Part shown: positions 60,906-64,000 of the stretch, one piece after another
Layout: every line of letters begins with the position of its first letter
Numbering within the stretch: the stretch's first letter is position 1
Source of the DNA: Squalus acanthias
Lineage: Eukaryota
Direction: 5' to 3'
Assembly (NCBI GenBank): GCA_030390025.1
Contig: JASTWF010000340.1
Span: forward strand, 62,001 to 126,000
DNA length: 64,000 nucleotides
Position numbers and translations under genes: made by a program
Notes under the pieces: model-generated
What the model saw: the letters and a program-made list of their open reading frames with translations, nothing else
Told to the model about the DNA's origin: nothing
Databases searched by the model: none

Positions 60906-61957
60906 TTAGCTCTTTAATGGGCATATAATTGTCAAATGAAATTTAACACAGATGAATCTGAGGTGTTACACTTTGGTAAGAAATGTAGCGAGGTCACATA
61001 TTACTTGGAAAATAAGAATCTAAATGGGGTAGAGGAGCAAAGGAATCTCGGAGTACAAATACACAAATCACTGAAAGTAGCGACACAGGTTAATAAGGCC
61101 ATAAAAAGCAAACCAATCACTCGGGTTTATATCTGGAAAGGTAGAATTGAAAAGTAGTGAATTTATGCTAAACTTGTATCGAACCTTGTTTAGACCACAC
61201 TTGGAAAACTGTGTACAGTTCTGGTCGCTGTATTATAAAAAGGATAGAGGCACTGGAGAGGGTGCAGAGAAGATTTACATGGATAATACCAGAAAAGCTA
61301 GGGTGACTTCGAAGTATATCGCCGATCCTGCATCGTCGCTGGGTTAAAATCCTGGAACTCCCTACCTAACAGCACTGTGGGAGTACCATCACCACACGGA
61401 CTGCAGCGGTTCAAGAAGGCGGCTCACCACCACCTTCTCAAGGGCAACTCGGAATGGGCAATAAATGCTGGCCTTGCCAGCGGTGCCCAGATCCCTTAAA
61501 CGAATAAAACAAAATACATATCAGGAACGGATGAAAACGTTGGGTCTCCTTTCTCTTGAAGGCTGAGGGGTGACCTGATAAAGCTCTTTAAAATGAGGAA
61601 AGGTTTTGATGGAGTGGATACAGAGAGAATGTTTCCATTTGTGGGGAACAGCAAAATTAGAGGCCATCAATATAAGATAGTCACCAAGAAATCAAATAGG
61701 GAATTCAGAAGAAACCTCTTTACCCAGAGAGTGGTGAGAATGTGGAACTCGCTACCACAGGGAATGGTTGAAGCGAATAGTATTGATGCATTTAAGTGGC
61801 AGTTAGATAAGCATATGTGGGAGAAGGGAATTGAGGGTTACGCTGATAGAATTAGATGAGGTAAGACGGGAGGAGGCTCGAGTGGAGCATAAACGCTGGC
61901 ATGGACTGGTTGGGCCGAATGGCCTGGTTCTGTGCTGTGTACCCCATGTAATCCTCT

Positions 61958-62295
61958 GTTACAGAGTAAAGCTCTCATCAAATACCTCCAGGGCAGGTAC
62001 AGTGGGTTAGATACAAAGTTCAGCTCCCTCTACACTGTCCACCAAACACTCCCAGGGCAGGTACAGCACGGGTTAGATACAAAGTAAAACTCCCTCTGCA
62101 CTGCCCCACCAAACACTCCCAGGGCAGGTACAGCACGGGTTACATACAAAGTAAAGCTCCCTCTACACTGTCCCACCAAACACTCCCAGGGCAGGTACAG
62201 CACGGGTTAGATACAAAGTAAAGCTCCCTCTACACTGCCCCACCAAACATTCCCAGGGAAGGTACAGCACGGATTAGCTACAGAGTAAAGTTACC
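61958..62295 (+). repeat. 67 bp tandem repeat, ~5 copies (paralog of 32905-33380)
   Basis: Same unit and flanks as copy A, with fewer copies. Confidence 0.93.
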
Positions 62296-62615
62296 TCCAA
62301 TTTGGTTCAACAACACAACCAACTCTGATACATCATGTGTTCAATGCAGAGTGCAGGTCCCTTGACACAACCCAATGAAGCACAACCAGCTCGGGTACAG
62401 CATTGGATGAATACAGAATAAAGATCTCACTGCATGTAAGTGTCAAACTCTCCCGGGTGAGGTACGGGCAAGGTTTATCTCCGAGTTAAGCTCCGCTCAA
62501 CTTGCCACATCAAAGGCCGAGCCTCACGGCAGATGTTGAACAGCTCCCAGTATCTGGTTAGACTCTCACCTCAGCAAAATCCTGGACTGATGGGATTCTC
62601 AGTAAAGTTCCTCAC

Positions 62616-63195
62616 CTTTCCAATCATTGTTGAAGCTTCCCGTTCTATCCCGTCTCCGACACTGGGGCTCACGATCCCACCAGATCTGCTCTGTGAACCC
62701 AGCGACATTTCTCCAGTCCCAGTCAGTGAGGCGATGATTCGACTTCTCTCTCTCCACCTTCCTGAGATATTGCTCACTCCCAGAGACTGTCAATAGAAAA
62801 ATGATTCATATTAATTCCAGAATACAGGGGGAGCATTATTCTGACCATAATTATATTCAATTTGATTATTTTTAAAATTAATCAGTGTGTTTGAATTACT
62901 TACTTTAATATTGAATAGTTCTTTTCTGTCCATTGCCCTGTTTATTGGGACTAAACTCACCCCCAGTGTCAGCTGTCACTCCAGCTCCTCCCACACTGAC
63001 ATCGCACTGATGGGCCGTAACCAGGGGCAGGACACTCTCTCCAGGTGACATCACACAGCAGCCAGGAACGATGTCACAAAGCGGCCGGAGCCCCTCCCAC
63101 TCGAGGTGTCACAGGGTCGCATTGACCAGGCTCTGCTCCTGGTGTGCAGTCTCACTGGGCATGAACACAGGGTGTAAAATCAGCCCCGTCTCCGG
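62616..63195 (-). other. Putative two-exon module, copy C (upstream exon ends 62961; exon 62786-62616, 171 nt, ATG 62708)
   Basis: Donor GGG|GTGAGT, 174 nt intron, acceptor tttttctattgacag, donor AAG|GTGAGG; 31 codons MSLGSQSRSGGIVSPSVGDGIEREASTMIGK. Confidence 0.5.
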
Positions 63196-63434
63196 GAATG
63201 AACCGGAATCCTGCCCTACATCTCTCCCGAGTTTTATTTCCATCGGTGTAAAATGGGTGGCTGATTCACAATTACCCAGTTTGTACTATAGCACCTACTA
63301 AACGTCAAACTCTACCCCAGTGTTTCTTTACCTCTCTACGTATCTGCTCCCTCACTGTCTCTGCCTCTCTCTCTCTCTCTGCAGTGAGGGATGCGTCTGG
63401 GGCAGCGATCATACTGTGCGGAAAGGATCAGAAT

Positions 63435-64000
63435 ATCAGTCAGCCTCTCTTCCCGCTCCCACATCGTTACCTCTGTTGACCCCCAAGGATCTGTCCTTGC
63501 CCCCCTCCAATTTCTCATCTACATGTTGCCCCTTCGTGACATCATCCAAAAACACAGTCAATTTCCACATTAACGCTGATGACACCCAGCTCTACTTCAC
63601 TACCTCTTCTCTCGACCCCTCCACGGTGTCTAAATTGTCAGACTGCTTGACCGACATCCAGTTCTGGATGAACAAAAAGTTTCTCCAATTAAATATTGGG
63701 AAGACCGAAGCCATTGTTTTCGGTCCCTGCCACCAACACCATTCCCTTGCCACAGACTCAATCCCTCTCCCTAACATCTGTCTGAGGCTGAACCACACTG
63801 TTCGCAACATTGGTGTCATATTTGACCCTGAAGTGAGCCTCCGACCACATATCCGCAGCATAACATAGGCCGCCTACTTCCACCTCCGTAACATCGCCCG
63901 TCTCCGCCCTTGCCTCCTCTCATCCGCTGGTGAAACCCTCATCCATGCCTTTGTTACTTCTAGACTTGACTATTCCTCTGCACTCCTGGCTGGCCCCCCA
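63435..64000 (+). mobile_element. L2 LINE RT fragment, running off the window end
   Basis: DPQGSVLAPL.FLIYMLPL, FHINADDTQLY, LQLNIGKTEAIVFG, VRNIGVIFDPE, LIHAFVTSRLDY. Confidence 0.92.

Larger units (their letters stand above)
58455..64000. repeat. Segmental duplication copy C
   Basis: 58455-63065 matches 32000-34145 once inserts at 58530-60905 and ~61303-61514 are removed; 62335-63715 matches 42725-44092. Confidence 0.92.

Overview
This is eukaryotic, repeat-dominated DNA. The CR1, L2, RTE, Harbinger, Penelope and Deu-SINE repertoire points to a cartilaginous fish (shark); that assignment is inferred from remembered repeat families, not from a search. Most of the window is decayed or nested non-LTR retrotransposons plus large tandem arrays: 52 bp (20.2-28.0 kb), 47 bp (28.0-32.0 kb), a 67/75/85 bp family in five blocks, and 30 bp (48.0-57.6 kb). 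Host-gene sequence is all on the minus strand. It consists of (1) the first coding exon of a GPR139/142-like GPCR (15287-15467), (2) a four-exon unprocessed PEX5 pseudogene fragment (47836-58358) whose third intron is almost entirely a 9.5 kb array of perfect nuclear-receptor IR1 palindromes, and (3) an unidentified two-exon module repeated three times plus a partial copy inside a local segmental duplication. Other notable items are a satellite built from the CR1 reverse-transcriptase SGVPQGSVLG motif, minimal Penelope-type hammerhead ribozymes, and a young CR1 insertion with an uninterrupted RT frame whose empty site survives in the paralogous copy. No complete functional protein-coding gene, rRNA, tRNA or CRISPR array is supported. 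Coordinates of transposon fragments are approximate; exon and ribozyme coordinates were counted by hand.
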